DNA of 64,000 bases from Squalus acanthias (taxonomy: Eukaryota): contig CM059431.1 of NCBI GenBank assembly GCA_030390025.1, positions 159,528,001 through 159,592,000 of the forward strand, given 5' to 3'. The notes beneath the pieces are model-generated. The model did not search any database, was not told the DNA's origin, and saw only the letters and a program-made list of their open reading frames with translations. Below, in pieces: positions 1-11,117 of this stretch. Position numbers and translations under genes: made by a program. Numbering within the stretch: the first letter of the stretch is position 1; the number at the start of each line of letters is the position of its first letter.

Positions 1-63
1 AAAGCTTGTGATTTCAAATAAAACTGCTGGACTATAACCTGGTGTTGTGCGACTTCTCACATT
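1..63 (+). mobile_element. 3' tail of a Penelope-like element (pseudo-LTR), starting inside the 3' half of a hammerhead motif
   Basis: Nearly identical to 55902-55964, the end of the GIY-YIG Penelope copy. Begins AAAGCTTGTGA, the 3' half of the minimal hammerhead. Confidence 0.8.
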
Positions 64-380
64 CATAAATAGAGGTATTGGCCCAGAAATTAATCTCCTT
101 CTCTTCACGCGGGTGTAAGGAGCCGGCGCGGTAATACATACCGCGTCTGCCGTTTCCATTTCTCCACGGAGGAACTTCATCTTTTTTGAGCTGGAGTGCA
201 GGGCAGCGTATGACGTCACACTGCCCTGAGCGCAGCGTGCGCGTTGCATCGCGTGCAATGTTGAGTGTAGACACGCCCATTAAGATAGCAATATACTGCG
301 GATGCTGGAAATCCGAAATAACAAGAGAAAACGCTGGAAAAACTCAGCAGGCCAGGCAGCATCCGTGGAGAGAGAAAGAG

Positions 381-417
381 AGTTAACGTTTCAGGTCGAT
401 GATCTTTCATCAGAACT
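381..417 (-). ncRNA. Minimal hammerhead ribozyme motif (one stem II mismatch)
   Basis: Minus strand reads agtt-CTGATGA-a-agatc-atc-gacct-GAAA-cg-TT-aact. Confidence 0.7.
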
Positions 418-456
418 GAGTTCTGATGAAAGGTCATCGACCTGAAACGTTAACTC
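418..456 (+). ncRNA. Minimal type I hammerhead ribozyme motif
   Basis: gagtt-CTGATGA-a-aggtc-atc-gacct-GAAA-cg-TT-aactc: stem I gagtt/aactc, perfect stem II, palindromic AACGTT stem III. Confidence 0.8.
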
Positions 457-798
457 TCTTTCTATCTCCATGGATGCTGCCTGGCCTGCTGAGTTTTTCC
501 AGCGTTTTCTGTTGTTATTACAAGCCCATTAAGGTCTCTTTTCCATAGGCCACGCCCCCAATTTTTTTCTCAATTGAATGCAGTATCCCAGCAGCTGAAG
601 GCACAATTCTATCAGTGGTAGACGTGGCAGTTAAAGTAAGTTGGATTTAATAGCATGTTTTGAAAACTTTTAAAGATTTTTAGTTGAATTGGAGTAATTT
701 TAAACAGTTGCAAAGAGATTTAAAGTAATTTAAATAGTTTTAAAAGCCCAGAAATCATTTTTTTCATTGATTTTACTGTTTATAATCAGCAAACGGAA

Positions 799-2385
799 AT
801 GGCTGCTATCAGCAATATCCAATTTATCAAAAGAACACAGAATTTCAGTGATGATGATCTCCGCACACTTCTTGACGAGGTAGAAGCGAAGCGATTACGG
901 ATAATTGGAACTGAGAAGTCCAAGCCGCCTCGAAAAGGCCAAATGGCAGCGTGGAAAGAGGTTGCTCAAAGTGTGACCGCAACCTCGACCATTCCTCGTA
1001 CAGCTGAGCAATGTCGCAAAAAATTCAGTGATTTATTGCGAACGCTCAAGGTTTGTATAGTTATAACAAAAGTCAATGTTAAAATGTCTTTACATTTAAA
1101 ATGAAAAACTTTGAAACAGTGTTTGTTTGCTAAGCTGAGTTAACTGAAGTCACAAGATGATGCCATAAATTCTTATGGCTTTTGTAGCCAGGCAAGTCTC
1201 ATAAAATGCTAATTTTATCTTGATTGCAATGCTTTGAGTTGCTTACTGAGTTAACTGTGTGAGTGCCAATGCAGTTTTGGTGTAAAAACCCTTACATTTC
1301 AGATTTTAATTTTCAATTTTAGAGTAAAACTGCTCACAACGCCAGAGAACGTTCACTGACAGGCGGTGATGTTGTCACGTTAAGGGCTTTAACCGAACAT
1401 GAGGAAAGGCTCGAGCATATGTTTCGATATCTTAGCGGATGTCCCTTTGAAAATGAACAAATCGACACAGGTGATGTGTGCTGAATATTGCTAATGTTTA
1501 CTGTTTCCTTTACATAGGTTTATAGCAGACTTCTCAGTCACGGGATGAGCAGTGCGTTGAGTCTGCAGCAGAAGAGGTCATGGTGAAGGGCATGTCGAGC
1601 CAGTGGGAGATGCGAGTGAGGTGGTGGTGGAGGAGCAGCAAGAGGAAATTGTTGCTGAATTGAATATGGAGGATCTGGAATCTCGGTTGCAGGAGAGGTC
1701 CTCTCCATCTTCCTCTCCAACTCCTGGCCCCTCTGGCTCTGTGCCAAACAGACTGCAGCTTGATACTAGAGTGCATGTGGGAGACAAAAATATATATGCA
1801 GCATAACAGGAGATACAGGTTCACATCCACCATCTTGAAGGCTTGAGTCAATCGATGACTTCTCTTACAGAGAAATAAGTTGATTGTCTTGCCTCGGTCA
1901 AGCAGGGAGTGGAATGTCTGTGCATGTCATTTAATGAAATGAAAGATATCATATCTCAAAATCTGGGAATGGAGGTTAAGAAAATGAATGAGTCTCTTGT
2001 TGGACTGTTGCAGAAACCAGATTTGGGAGTGGATCTTAGGAAAATAAATGAGTCTCTTGTTGGACTGTTGCAGAAACCAGATTTGGGAGTGGATCTTAGG
2101 AAAATAAATGAGTCTCTTGTTGGACTCATGCAAATAATTTCTGCTGCCATTACTGTGACTCCCTCAGAACCAACCTTACCTGCTCCAAGCGCAGATTCAG
2201 TGCAGGTCCAAGAGCCACCTGCTCCGCCTACGATGATGCAAGCAAACATTGCCTTGCAGCAGCAGCAGCAGCAACAACCCTGTCAGGAGGCAATTGCTGA
2301 AGGGCAAGAGACGGCAAGCAGGGCCGTTTTAAGTCGCAGCACAGGGCACCGGTCACGGGGAGCGGGAAAGCGCAAGAGACAGTAG
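799..2385 (+). pseudogene. Harbinger Myb/SANT-like DNA-binding protein gene, spliced, probably disrupted
   Basis: Exon 799-1050 (RTQNFSDDDLRTLLDEV...WKEVA...RTAEQCRKKFSDL, GT donor) splices in frame to exon 1323-1470 (SKTAHNARERSLTGGD...LTEHEE). The last exon from about 1518 has an apparent frameshift near 1575 and in-frame TAA at 1804 and 1876, then a 20-aa repeat, polyQ and a basic tail GKRKRQ. Confidence 0.8.
1981..2126 (+). repeat. 60-bp in-frame tandem duplication (about 2.4 copies) in the Myb gene
   Basis: 1981-2040 and 2041-2100 differ at one base; partial third copy at 2101-2126. Confidence 0.95.
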
Positions 2386-2927
2386 GGTGTTGCATGTTCC
2401 ACAATGCACATCCATTGACCCTCAGGAATAGTTTCGAGTGGCTAAATTTTTCAATTGTTTAATTTTTCGTTTTATTTCAAAGTTACATGTTTTCATTTTT
2501 TTTTATTTAAATATATATTTGACACTGAAACTGAAAGTAAGCTTTTCATTGAAAAAGTACAGCCTCTATTCACTTTTTAAAAATTCAAATTGTTTATTTG
2601 CACAAAAAAATTGAACATTAAAACTGTTTTACATTTAGGAAAGAGTTTTCCATCTTGAATGTCTTTATTGCATTAACGAAGCAAAAAAGTAAGTCAGAAC
2701 TGTTTACAAATTTTTTTATAACCTATTTCTGTTTACGATTGTTTACAAAGTTGAAAAGTAGCTAGTTAACATTGAAAAGTTATAAACTATGTACATCAAC
2801 AATGAACCTCAGAAGTCTATAATGCTGCAATAAAAGAGCACTGTTTCACTTTAAATTGTGTCTGTACCTTTATTTGCCTTGCTGGTGGAGAGGGAGGGGG
2901 AGGGGGAGGGGGAGGTACAAGGCGACA

Positions 2928-4076
2928 CTACCTCGTGAAGGTGTTGGCTACCAGCTGCTCCCGAACAGCCTTACTTTGAGCAGCAGTTGGCTCTTCCCGA
3001 TCATGCCTTCCCACAGGCACATTGGCATTGTCCACGTCCTCCGTTTCTGCAGGTAGTTCATCTGTAGCGTTAAGGGTCAGTCCTTCCCGCAGGGCAAAGT
3101 TATGCAAAGCACAACAGACCACCACAATCTTTGCCACTTTCAGAGGAGAATACTGCAAGGTCCCCCCTGACCTGTCCAGGCACCGGAAGCGTGATTTCAG
3201 AACTCCGATTGTCCTCTCCACCACTTGCCGTGTGGACACGTGTGCCTGGTTGTATCTCTCCTGAGCCTCATTATTGGTCTTGCGGTAGGGAGTCATCAGC
3301 CATGGTCTTAGCGGGTAGCCCTTGTCGCCCAATATCCATGCGGATCCAGGAGGCAATGCGTTGAGGGCGCCATATAAGTTAGAGTTACGGAGGACGAAGG
3401 AGTCATGATTACTTCCACGGTTACTTGCATTCACATTTAAGATCCTGAGATGCGCATCACAGACAATCTGGACATTCAATGAATGAAACCCCTTCCTGTT
3501 GATAAATGTCACAGGTGCAACCCCTGGTGCCTTCAATGCTACATGGGTTCCATCGACGGCCCCAATCACTTTGGGGAATCCAGCAATGTTATGAAATGCA
3601 AGCGCCATCTCCTTTTGATGGCGAGCGGACAAGTCATAGTTAATGAACTCAGAAGCCCTACGGAAAATGGCTTCTGTGACCTGGTGAATGCAGGCCCTCG
3701 CAGCATTCTTGGATATGTTGGAAATGTCACCGGTGCTTGCCTGAAAAGTCCCACTTGCAAAGAAGTTCAGTGCTGTGGTTACCTTCATGCTCAATGACAA
3801 TGCATAGCGGCTCTTCGAGCGTGTTTGAAGGTCCTCCTTTAACATGTCACAGATTCGGCCAATTGACTCTTTACTGAAGCGCAGCCTCCTCACACACAAC
3901 TCCTCCGACAGCATCTCAAATGACAGCCTCTCCCTGTACACTCTATTTGGTGGGTAGTAGTTTCTCCTTCTCTGGAGGAGACGGGCTTGGTTCCTACGTC
4001 TGATTAGTTGTCTGTATTCAAAAATTCTCTGATACACAATCCCACAGAGGAACAGGAATTGATTGTGAAAGGGCAT
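2928..4076 (-). CDS. Harbinger (HARBI1-like) DDE transposase, 382 aa, uninterrupted
   Basis: Motifs VIGAVDGTHV, NRKGFHSLNVQIVCD, GSNHDS, LGDKGYPL, VVERTIGVLKSRFRCL and CCALHN; N-terminal HTH-like region ALNFFASG. Confidence 0.95.
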   Translation of the reverse strand: MPFHNQFLFLCGIVYQRIFEYRQLIRRRNQARLLQRRRNYYPPNRVYRERLSFEMLSEELCVRRLRFSKESIGRICDMLKEDLQTRSKSRYALSLSMKVTTALNFFASGTFQASTGDISNISKNAARACIHQVTEAIFRRASEFINYDLSARHQKEMALAFHNIAGFPKVIGAVDGTHVALKAPGVAPVTFINRKGFHSLNVQIVCDAHLRILNVNASNRGSNHDSFVLRNSNLYGALNALPPGSAWILGDKGYPLRPWLMTPYRKTNNEAQERYNQAHVSTRQVVERTIGVLKSRFRCLDRSGGTLQYSPLKVAKIVVVCCALHNFALREGLTLNATDELPAETEDVDNANVPVGRHDREEPTAAQSKAVREQLVANTFTR

Positions 4077-4849
4077 CTTTCTCCCTCACAGGCTTCCTCT
4101 TCAAACAGAAAGAAGTAATGAAAAAATGGAAATAGTTGTTAAAGTAACTTTAGTTAAGTGAGTGGCTATAAAATCAGGTCGGGCTATGGTGGGAAACGTG
4201 CGCTATCGGATTGGAACACATCTACCCGCCACACGGCCCTAGTTGATTTTCCAGAACTGTAACATTTTCATAAATTAATGCATACATACATACATACATA
4301 CATACCTTACTTACTCATTTACATCTTTAAAAATTTTTGAAATGTAAATAGTTCATTTTTAAACTTTCATTTTCACATTTATGATAGATACCTAAATATG
4401 CCTTGTACACACCCACAGTTGCTATACTACTCCAAATGGTCAAAACCCGTTTTTAAACTTTTTTTAAAATTGCAAACTTATCTAAGACTTAATTAAATAA
4501 ACCTTGGTGGCTTTCAGATTTAAAAAACTCACTTCAGTAGCCCCACTGCAAAAGGATTTATTCCTCCTGCTGTCTCCGGATCTTCAAAAATGGCTGTTAC
4601 TCCTGCTTTTTACATGTGTAACTGCTAGGAGCTTACACACACTACTTTCATTCACAAAAATATTGAAGTTCAAGTATCACGCGCAGAATCTCCGGTCCAC
4701 GCGATTCCTCGGAGATACCTGCAGGTGACCCAAAATGAAGTGCCGGTTTTCAGCGCATGCGCAGTGCATGCAGAAAACCGGCAATTGGAGACAGAATACG
4801 CGAGAGTACACAGTGCGTACTCTCGCGTAGTACCACTAATTTTTGGGCC

Positions 4850-5455
4850 ATTGAGTACAAAAGTAGAGAAGTTATGCTGAACCTTTATAAAGCGCTGGTT
4901 AGGCCACAACTGGAGTGTTGCGTCCAGTTCTGGTCACCACACTTTAGGAAGCATGTGAAGGCAGCTTGAGAAGGCGCAGAGGAGATTGCCCAGAATGGTT
5001 CCGGGGATGAAGGATCTTAGCGACAAGGACAGGTTGGAGAAGCTTGATTTGTTTTAATTAGAGCAAAGCAGGTTGAGGGGTGATTTGATAGAGGTGTACA
5101 CGGTTATGAGGGTTTGCATAGGCTCGACGGGGAATGGCTGTTCCCACTAGTTGATGGTACAAGGACTAGGGGACACAGATTTAAGGTTTTGGGCAAAAGA
5201 TACAGGGGGAATGTGCGGAAAAACTTTTTTACACAGCGAGTGGTGATGACCTGGAATTCGCTGCCAAAAGAAGTAGTGCAAGTGGAGGCACTCAATGTTT
5301 TCAAGGGGTGACTGGATAGGCACTTGAGGGAAATAAACGTGCAGGGCTACGGGGATAGAGCAGTGGAATGGGGCTGACTGAATTGCTCTACAGCGAGCTG
5401 GCACGGACTCGATGGGCCGAAGGGCCTCCTTCTGTGCCGTTATGACTCTATGACT
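4850..5455 (+). mobile_element. CR1 LINE 3' end (host of the Harbinger insertion; 5' remnant at 64-79)
   Basis: EYKSREVMLNLYKALVRPQLE...RTRGHRFK peptides; TATGACTC tail repeats. Confidence 0.9.
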
Positions 5456-5832
5456 ATACAAAATTCTTACAGGTCTTGACAGGGTAGATGCAGGGAGGAT
5501 ATTTCCCCTGGCTGGGGAGTCTAGAACCAGGGGTCACAGTCTCAGAATAAGGGGTCGGCCATTTAGGAATGAGATGAGGAGAAATGTCTTCACTCAGAGG
5601 GTGGAGAATCTTTGGAATTCTCTACCCCAGAGGGCTGTGGAGGCTCAGTCGTTGAGTATATTCAAGACAGAGATCGATAGAATTGTGAATATTAAGGGAA
5701 TCAAGGGATATGTGGATAGTTCAGGAAAGTAGAGTTGAGGTAGAAGATCAGCCATGATCTTCTTGAAAGGCGGAGCAGTCTCAAGGGGTCAAATGACCCA
5801 CTCCTGCTCCTATTTCTTATGTTTTTATGTTA
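5456..5832 (+). mobile_element. CR1 LINE 3' fragment (second subfamily)
   Basis: SRTRGHSLRIRGRPF region and TTATGTT-type tail. Confidence 0.88.
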
Positions 5833-6185
5833 TTTTAAGCGGCAAACTATCGTTCTTCTGGTGCTGACTGAGCTGTAGTGCATTTACTGCACTTTAATTA
5901 CTTAAAACACATTTTTTTCACTGGATATTGCCATCGTACATTAACTTCCTATCACATGATTAACTTTACTTTTATTCTCTCCCTCATACTTTGTGCTAGC
6001 AGAATCTGGGGATGTGAGCCAACACCGGACTGCACCATCAGCAGCCAGAATGAAAACATCTTTCAATTATTCTCAATTAACCCATCCTTCAACACAACAA
6101 TCGTCTAATGCCCTTTACTCTGTGGTATACGTTGAAAATCCGGCACAAATTTCGCTATTCCAGTAAATATATAAAGAAACGCAAT

Positions 6186-6381
6186 TTACCAGATGTTAAT
6201 TGGATTCTTTCTTTTTTTCGCGAGTTTCTTCAGCTGACTATAGGAATTAGCTGTGAACTCATTTATTCTTTCGCCGACATTTTCATCTGAATAGAATTGC
6301 AAAATTTTCAGTGATTGGTTCTTGTTGAGTGCCGAGCGGAGCTCCTTGATACAAGCGTCTGTGAGACCGTTGTTGACCAAT
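6186..6381 (-). CDS. NLR probable terminal LRR exon
   Basis: tgcag| then LVNNGLTDACIKELRSALNKNQSLKILQF...NIW-stop; ribonuclease-inhibitor-type LRR; phase 2 entry. Confidence 0.82.
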
Positions 6382-6571
6382 CTGCATTACAAAGGGACCG
6401 GATGTAACGACGTGACTTGGAACAAAATAACGATTTTTTTTTTTAACCAGGAGCAATAGAAAGAAAAAATAGCAATAACTCTGAAACAGGGCTAGGGGAA
6501 GAAATCAGATACGGCATGAGTCTGAATTGCAGATGCAATATTTCTAATAAATCAAGCAGAATTTTACTTAC

Positions 6572-6658
6572 TCCAATGTTTCTATCTTACAGTCCGCTCT
6601 CGACAATGCTTCACATAGTCCGTGCATTCCTGAATCTTTAAAATTATTGTCTTTCAAG
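6572..6658 (-). CDS. NLR LRR exon (87 nt, 29 codons)
   Basis: ctttag| LKDNNFKDSGMHGLCEALSRADCKIETL |gtaagt; phase 2-2. Confidence 0.88.
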
Positions 6659-6814
6659 CTAAAGGCAGAAAATTGCAGTTTAGAGACCAGTATTTGAAAT
6701 AATAATTTTATTATAATATATAGATGGATCAGAAATTAGTGATTTTATTAAAAGTAAAACATTTGGAGAAGATCCCGCTTTTTATGTGTTTATGCATATT
6801 ACCAGTTACTAGGT

Positions 6815-7132
6815 ACTGTATTGGACTACTAATCCAAGAGGCCCAGTATAATAATTCAGCGAACATGGCCTGCTAGTTCGTCTCGGGCGATGGCGAAAAA
6901 CGGGCGGTATCGGATCGGCCGCCCATTATACGCTGCGCCTGATATTCAATTCTATTGACTGCAATTGAACTGAATATCAGGCGCTTGCGTATAACCACCG
7001 GCCAGTCCCACACCGAAGTGGTTGACTCTCAACTGCCTTCCGAAGTGTCCGAACAAGCCATTCAGTTGTACCAGTGATGGACAATAAATGCCGGCCTTGC
7101 CTTGAACGCTTACATCCCGAGAATGAATCAAA
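6815..7132 (+). mobile_element. tRNA-derived SINE interrupted by half of a palindromic MITE (6867-6996)
   Basis: Head and tail match the SINE at 20701-21130; the insert matches 51076-51254. Confidence 0.6.
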
Positions 7133-7974
7133 ATGGCGCGGTCTGCACGTTCTTAAGGCACCTGTCCGTTTGTGCCAGTAGTGGTAAATTCCAAATATTG
7201 GGGATGAAATTGAAAATGGGCGGGAAAACTGCCAATTTACAATTTCTCCCCCGAGTCCTTTAGGCAACTGAGCGCGCATGTTGAGTTCGGAAATTTGATA
7301 ACAGAGCGCCACCTAGTAAGCCTTGTACTTAGCGAGAATTTATCGCAGAATAGCAATTCCAACGCTCACGATTTTCAGTCCATTACCGTCACTGGAGGGA
7401 AAGTGCCAAGCAGTGCACAGGGATTTTCCTATAAACATGCCACAGGCTGTTAGACCCCTCTCCGGCAGCAGATTCTTGGAACATTGCCACAAATTACTGC
7501 AAATGTAGTCGGATTCTGATTATAAGCTAAGGAGACTTGCTGGGGTAGATGGTCATCCTTAGTGGCTGGGTATAAAGTAACATCTACGCTGAACACAGAG
7601 AGGCTGTTTATCTATTTAAATCAATGAATGGAGATTCGGCAGGCTCAGTTACAATATAACCTTTCGTACGCATCTATATTTGTCGGGTGCTTTTATATGT
7701 TTGTGTCTGGTTTTTTAATTTCTTCAATCTATTTTCTGTAATAAATCGCATGCTTGTTTAAACGCAAGTCGAGGTGAGCCGTTATGATGATTTTCTGCTG
7801 ATAAAGATTGAAGAAGATGCCTGTGAAGGCACAGGTTAATTCCAGAGCTAAAATAATTATGAGAAAAGCTTTGCTGGTCATTATCCTGAGTCGATTGTCG
7901 ATTGCTAACCTACATAGCAACGAAAATTTAAAAATCTCAACGTCATTGTAAGGCGTGACTTTCCTGTGAAAGTA

Positions 7975-8345
7975 GGAAAGAAAGAACATGCATTTCTATC
8001 GCGTCTTTCACAAACTCAGGATGTCCAAAAACGCTTTGCACTCAATGAAGTCCTTGTTGAAATGTATCATTTTGTAATGAAGGAAACACGGCAGCCAATT
8101 TGCACAAAGCAATGTCCCAGAAACAGCGAGGAATTGAAAGTAGGTGTATGAGGGATAAGTTTTGGCAAGGATAACGGAAAATCTCATCTGTTTCTTTTGT
8201 CGACTGGTGCCATAGGATAGTATATGTCCACCTGAGAGGGCAGACGGTGCTTCGGTTTGACATCTCTTCGAAAGATGGCAGTTCCGACAGTACCAAAAGA
8301 GTCAGCCTTCAGTGGGGCAGCAACACACGGTCTTATGACTCATAA
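7975..8345 (-). mobile_element. Deu-domain-type SINE, degraded
   Basis: Reverse complement matches the core and tail of 45598-46045. Confidence 0.65.
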
Positions 8346-8444
8346 GGCAAAGCGAAACTGACACCTCAAGAGAATAATTTTGCAGTGTAAACTAAAATAG
8401 TAAATAGATGAACATCCAGAATAAGAAGGGTAGAAATTCATCAC

Positions 8445-10057
8445 AGATGCCAGTGTTCAGCCAATTCGATTCTCTCCACGTAATATCAAGAAACGGCTGA
8501 GCGCACTGGATACAGCAAAGACTGCGGACCCCGACAACATTCTGGCTATCGTGCTGAAGACTTGTGCTCCAGAACTAGCTGCGCCTCTAGCCAAGCTGTT
8601 CCAGTACAGTTATAACACTGGCATCTATCCGACAATGTGGAAAACTGCCCAGGTATGTCCTGTCCACAAAAAATAGAGCAAATCCAATCGGGCCAATTAC
8701 CGCCCCATCAATCTACTCTCAATCATCAGCAAAGTGATGGAAGGTGTCATCAAAAGTGCTATCAAGCAGCACTTACTCACCAATAACCTGCTCACTGATG
8801 CCCAATTTGGGTTCCGGCAGGACCACTCGGGACCAGACCTCTTTAGAGCCATGGTCCAAACAAGGACAAAAGAGCTGAATTCCAGAGGTGAGGTGAGATT
8901 GACTGCACTTGACATCAAGGCAGCATTTGACCGAGTTTGGCATCAAGGAGCCCTAGTAAAACTGAAATCAATGGGAATCGCAGGGAAAACTCCCCAGTTG
9001 CTGGAGTCATACCTAGCACAAATGAAGCTGGTTGTGGTGGTTGGAAGTCGATCATTACAGCCCCAGGACATCGCTGCAGGCGTTCTTCAGGGCAGTGCCC
9101 TAGGCCCAACCATCTTAGCTGCTTCACCAATGACCTTGCCATCATCATAAGGTCAGAAGTGGGGATGTTTGCTGATAGTGTTCAGTGCCATTCGCAACTC
9201 CTCAGATAAGGCAGCAGTCCATGCCCGCATGCATCAAGAATTGGACAACATTCAGGCTTGGGCTGATAAGTGGCAGGTAACATTTGCGCCACACCAGAGA
9301 CTGACTATCTCCAACAACCGAGAGTCTAACCACCTCCCCTTGACATTCAACGGCATTACCATCGCCGAATGCCACACCATCAATATCCTGGGAGTCACCA
9401 TTGACCAGAAACTTAACTGGACCAGCCACATAAATAGTGTGGCAACAAGAGCAGGTTAGAGGCTAGGTATTCTGCGGCGAGTGTCTCACCTCCTGACTCC
9501 CCAAAGACATTTCACCATCTACAAGGCACAAGTGGGGAGTGTGATGGAATACTCTCCACTTGCCTGGATGAGTTCAGCTCCAACAACACTCAAGACTCTC
9601 GACACCATCCAAGACAAAGCAGCCCGCTTGATTGGCACCCCATCCACCACCTTAAACATTCACTCCCTCCACCACCGGCGTAACGTGGCTGCAGTGTGTA
9701 CCATCTACAAGATGCACTGCAGCAACTCGCCAAGGCTTCTTCGGCAGCAACTTCCAAACCCGCGACCTCTACCACCTCGAAGGACAAGGGCCGCAGGCGC
9801 ATGGGAACGCCAGCACTTCCAAGTTCCTCTCCAAGTCACACACCATCCTGACTTTGAACTAAATCGCCGTTCCTTCATCGTCGGTGGGTCAAAATGCTGG
9901 AACTCCCTCTCTAACAACACTGTGGGAGTACCTTCACCACACGGACTGCAGTGGTTCAAGAAGGCGGCTCACGACCACCTTTTCAAGGGCAACTAGGAAT
10001 GGGCAATAAATGCTGGCCTTGTCAGGGATGCCCCCATCCCGTGAACGAATAAAAAAA
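8445..10057 (+). mobile_element. 5'-truncated LINE (CR1/L2 group) with frameshifted RT
   Basis: QFGFRQ, ALDIKAAFDRVWH, LQGSALGP and MFAD motifs; ends gggcaataaatgctggcc...aataaaaaaa. Confidence 0.88.
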
Positions 10058-10336
10058 GGAATTGGACACAATACACCACCTGAGGTCGAACCAGTGATTT
10101 GTAAAAAAAATACTATAACTTCCTTGCTTTTATACTCGTGCCACTATTTATAAATCCAAGCTTCGCGTATACCTTTTAACAGCCCTATCAGCTTGTACTG
10201 CCACCTGGAAATATTTGTTCATGTAAAACCCCCAGATCTCTCCGTCCCTGCACCCTTTTATTATATGTGTCTGTGCTGATCAAGGTGAGGGGTCACAGCG
10301 CTCGGGACTGAAATACTTTCTATTTCAGTCATTGAA

Positions 10337-10506
10337 GGCTAGAAATTTCTCTTGGACCGTTGCGTAAAATCGGTGCTAGCGAATCTGCGGCCATTTGACA
10401 CACCGTCTGCTTTTCTTTTCAAAAAGTAAATGGAAAAGACAATCGGACGAAATGTAAAACTGGCTGCCGATTCGCTAGCACCCGATTTGCATACCCCAAG
10501 TTTCAG
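10337..10506. mobile_element. Palindromic MITE-like element
   Basis: Starts GGCTAGAAATTT; arms aaatcggtgctagcgaatc / gattcgctagcacccgattt. Confidence 0.55.
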
Positions 10507-11117
10507 CATAACATAAATCCCAGAGAAAACAGCCAGATGCTACTTGGACCTACTTGAATTCTGCAACAAATTTACCTTCTCTATTATTTTAATAAACATA
10601 TCAAATATTTGAATAAACAGTTTATTGCTTCTGCTAAAATAGTGGACAGAGGAATCTATTAATGAGAGCACAGTGTATTGGCGCCCTAAGAATGCAATCA
10701 GTAATTTACGAATTTACATTAATGTTAGGATATAAAGCAGCAGATCTCTGTTAGCGGTGGTGGTGCTTAAGGTCAGAGGGCGGGCATGTTGCATTAAAAC
10801 AACAGGGATCTTGTCAGCAAAATGTGAAGGGGGCAAATGGCTCCAGGAAACTGTTGCATGGAATAGTTGGAATTACAGAAAAGTGCGCGCCATGTGCAAG
10901 ACTTCTCACATATGATGAAAATGATTTGCACAAAATCACTAAATACATTCTCAGGAAAGAACTCGTGGTTGACTTCTGGTAAAAAGTTCCCCGAACGTGC
11001 AATGTACAGACTGCGCCTAATACGGTTTAGCTCAATGCATTTCAATAATTACACTCCAGTTTATGCTTTAGCCTTGTTTAGGGAGATAGCACGAAGGAAA
11101 GACAGAGATCAGGGGGC

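Larger units (their letters stand above)
285..523. mobile_element. Penelope-derived inverted-repeat insertion with two hammerhead motifs
   Basis: Arms of about 100 bp (317-417 vs 419-519) are reverse complements. Flanked by direct repeat GCCCATTAAG at 275-284 and 524-533. A single arm of the same family is at about 28400-28533. Confidence 0.82.
80..4849. mobile_element. Full-length PIF/Harbinger-type DNA transposon (Myb/SANT gene plus DDE transposase, convergent)
   Basis: TIRs GGCCCAGAAATT (80-91) and AATTTTTGGGCC (4838-4849); ATT duplicated at 77-79 and 4850-4852. The flanks rejoin to CR1 sequence cataaatagaggt-att-gagtac, seen uninterrupted at about 31171-31192. Confidence 0.93.

Noticed and set aside
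2928..4076. Domesticated HARBI1 host gene
   Set aside because: It lies between TIRs with a TSD inside a CR1 and has a Myb partner, so it is a transposon copy.
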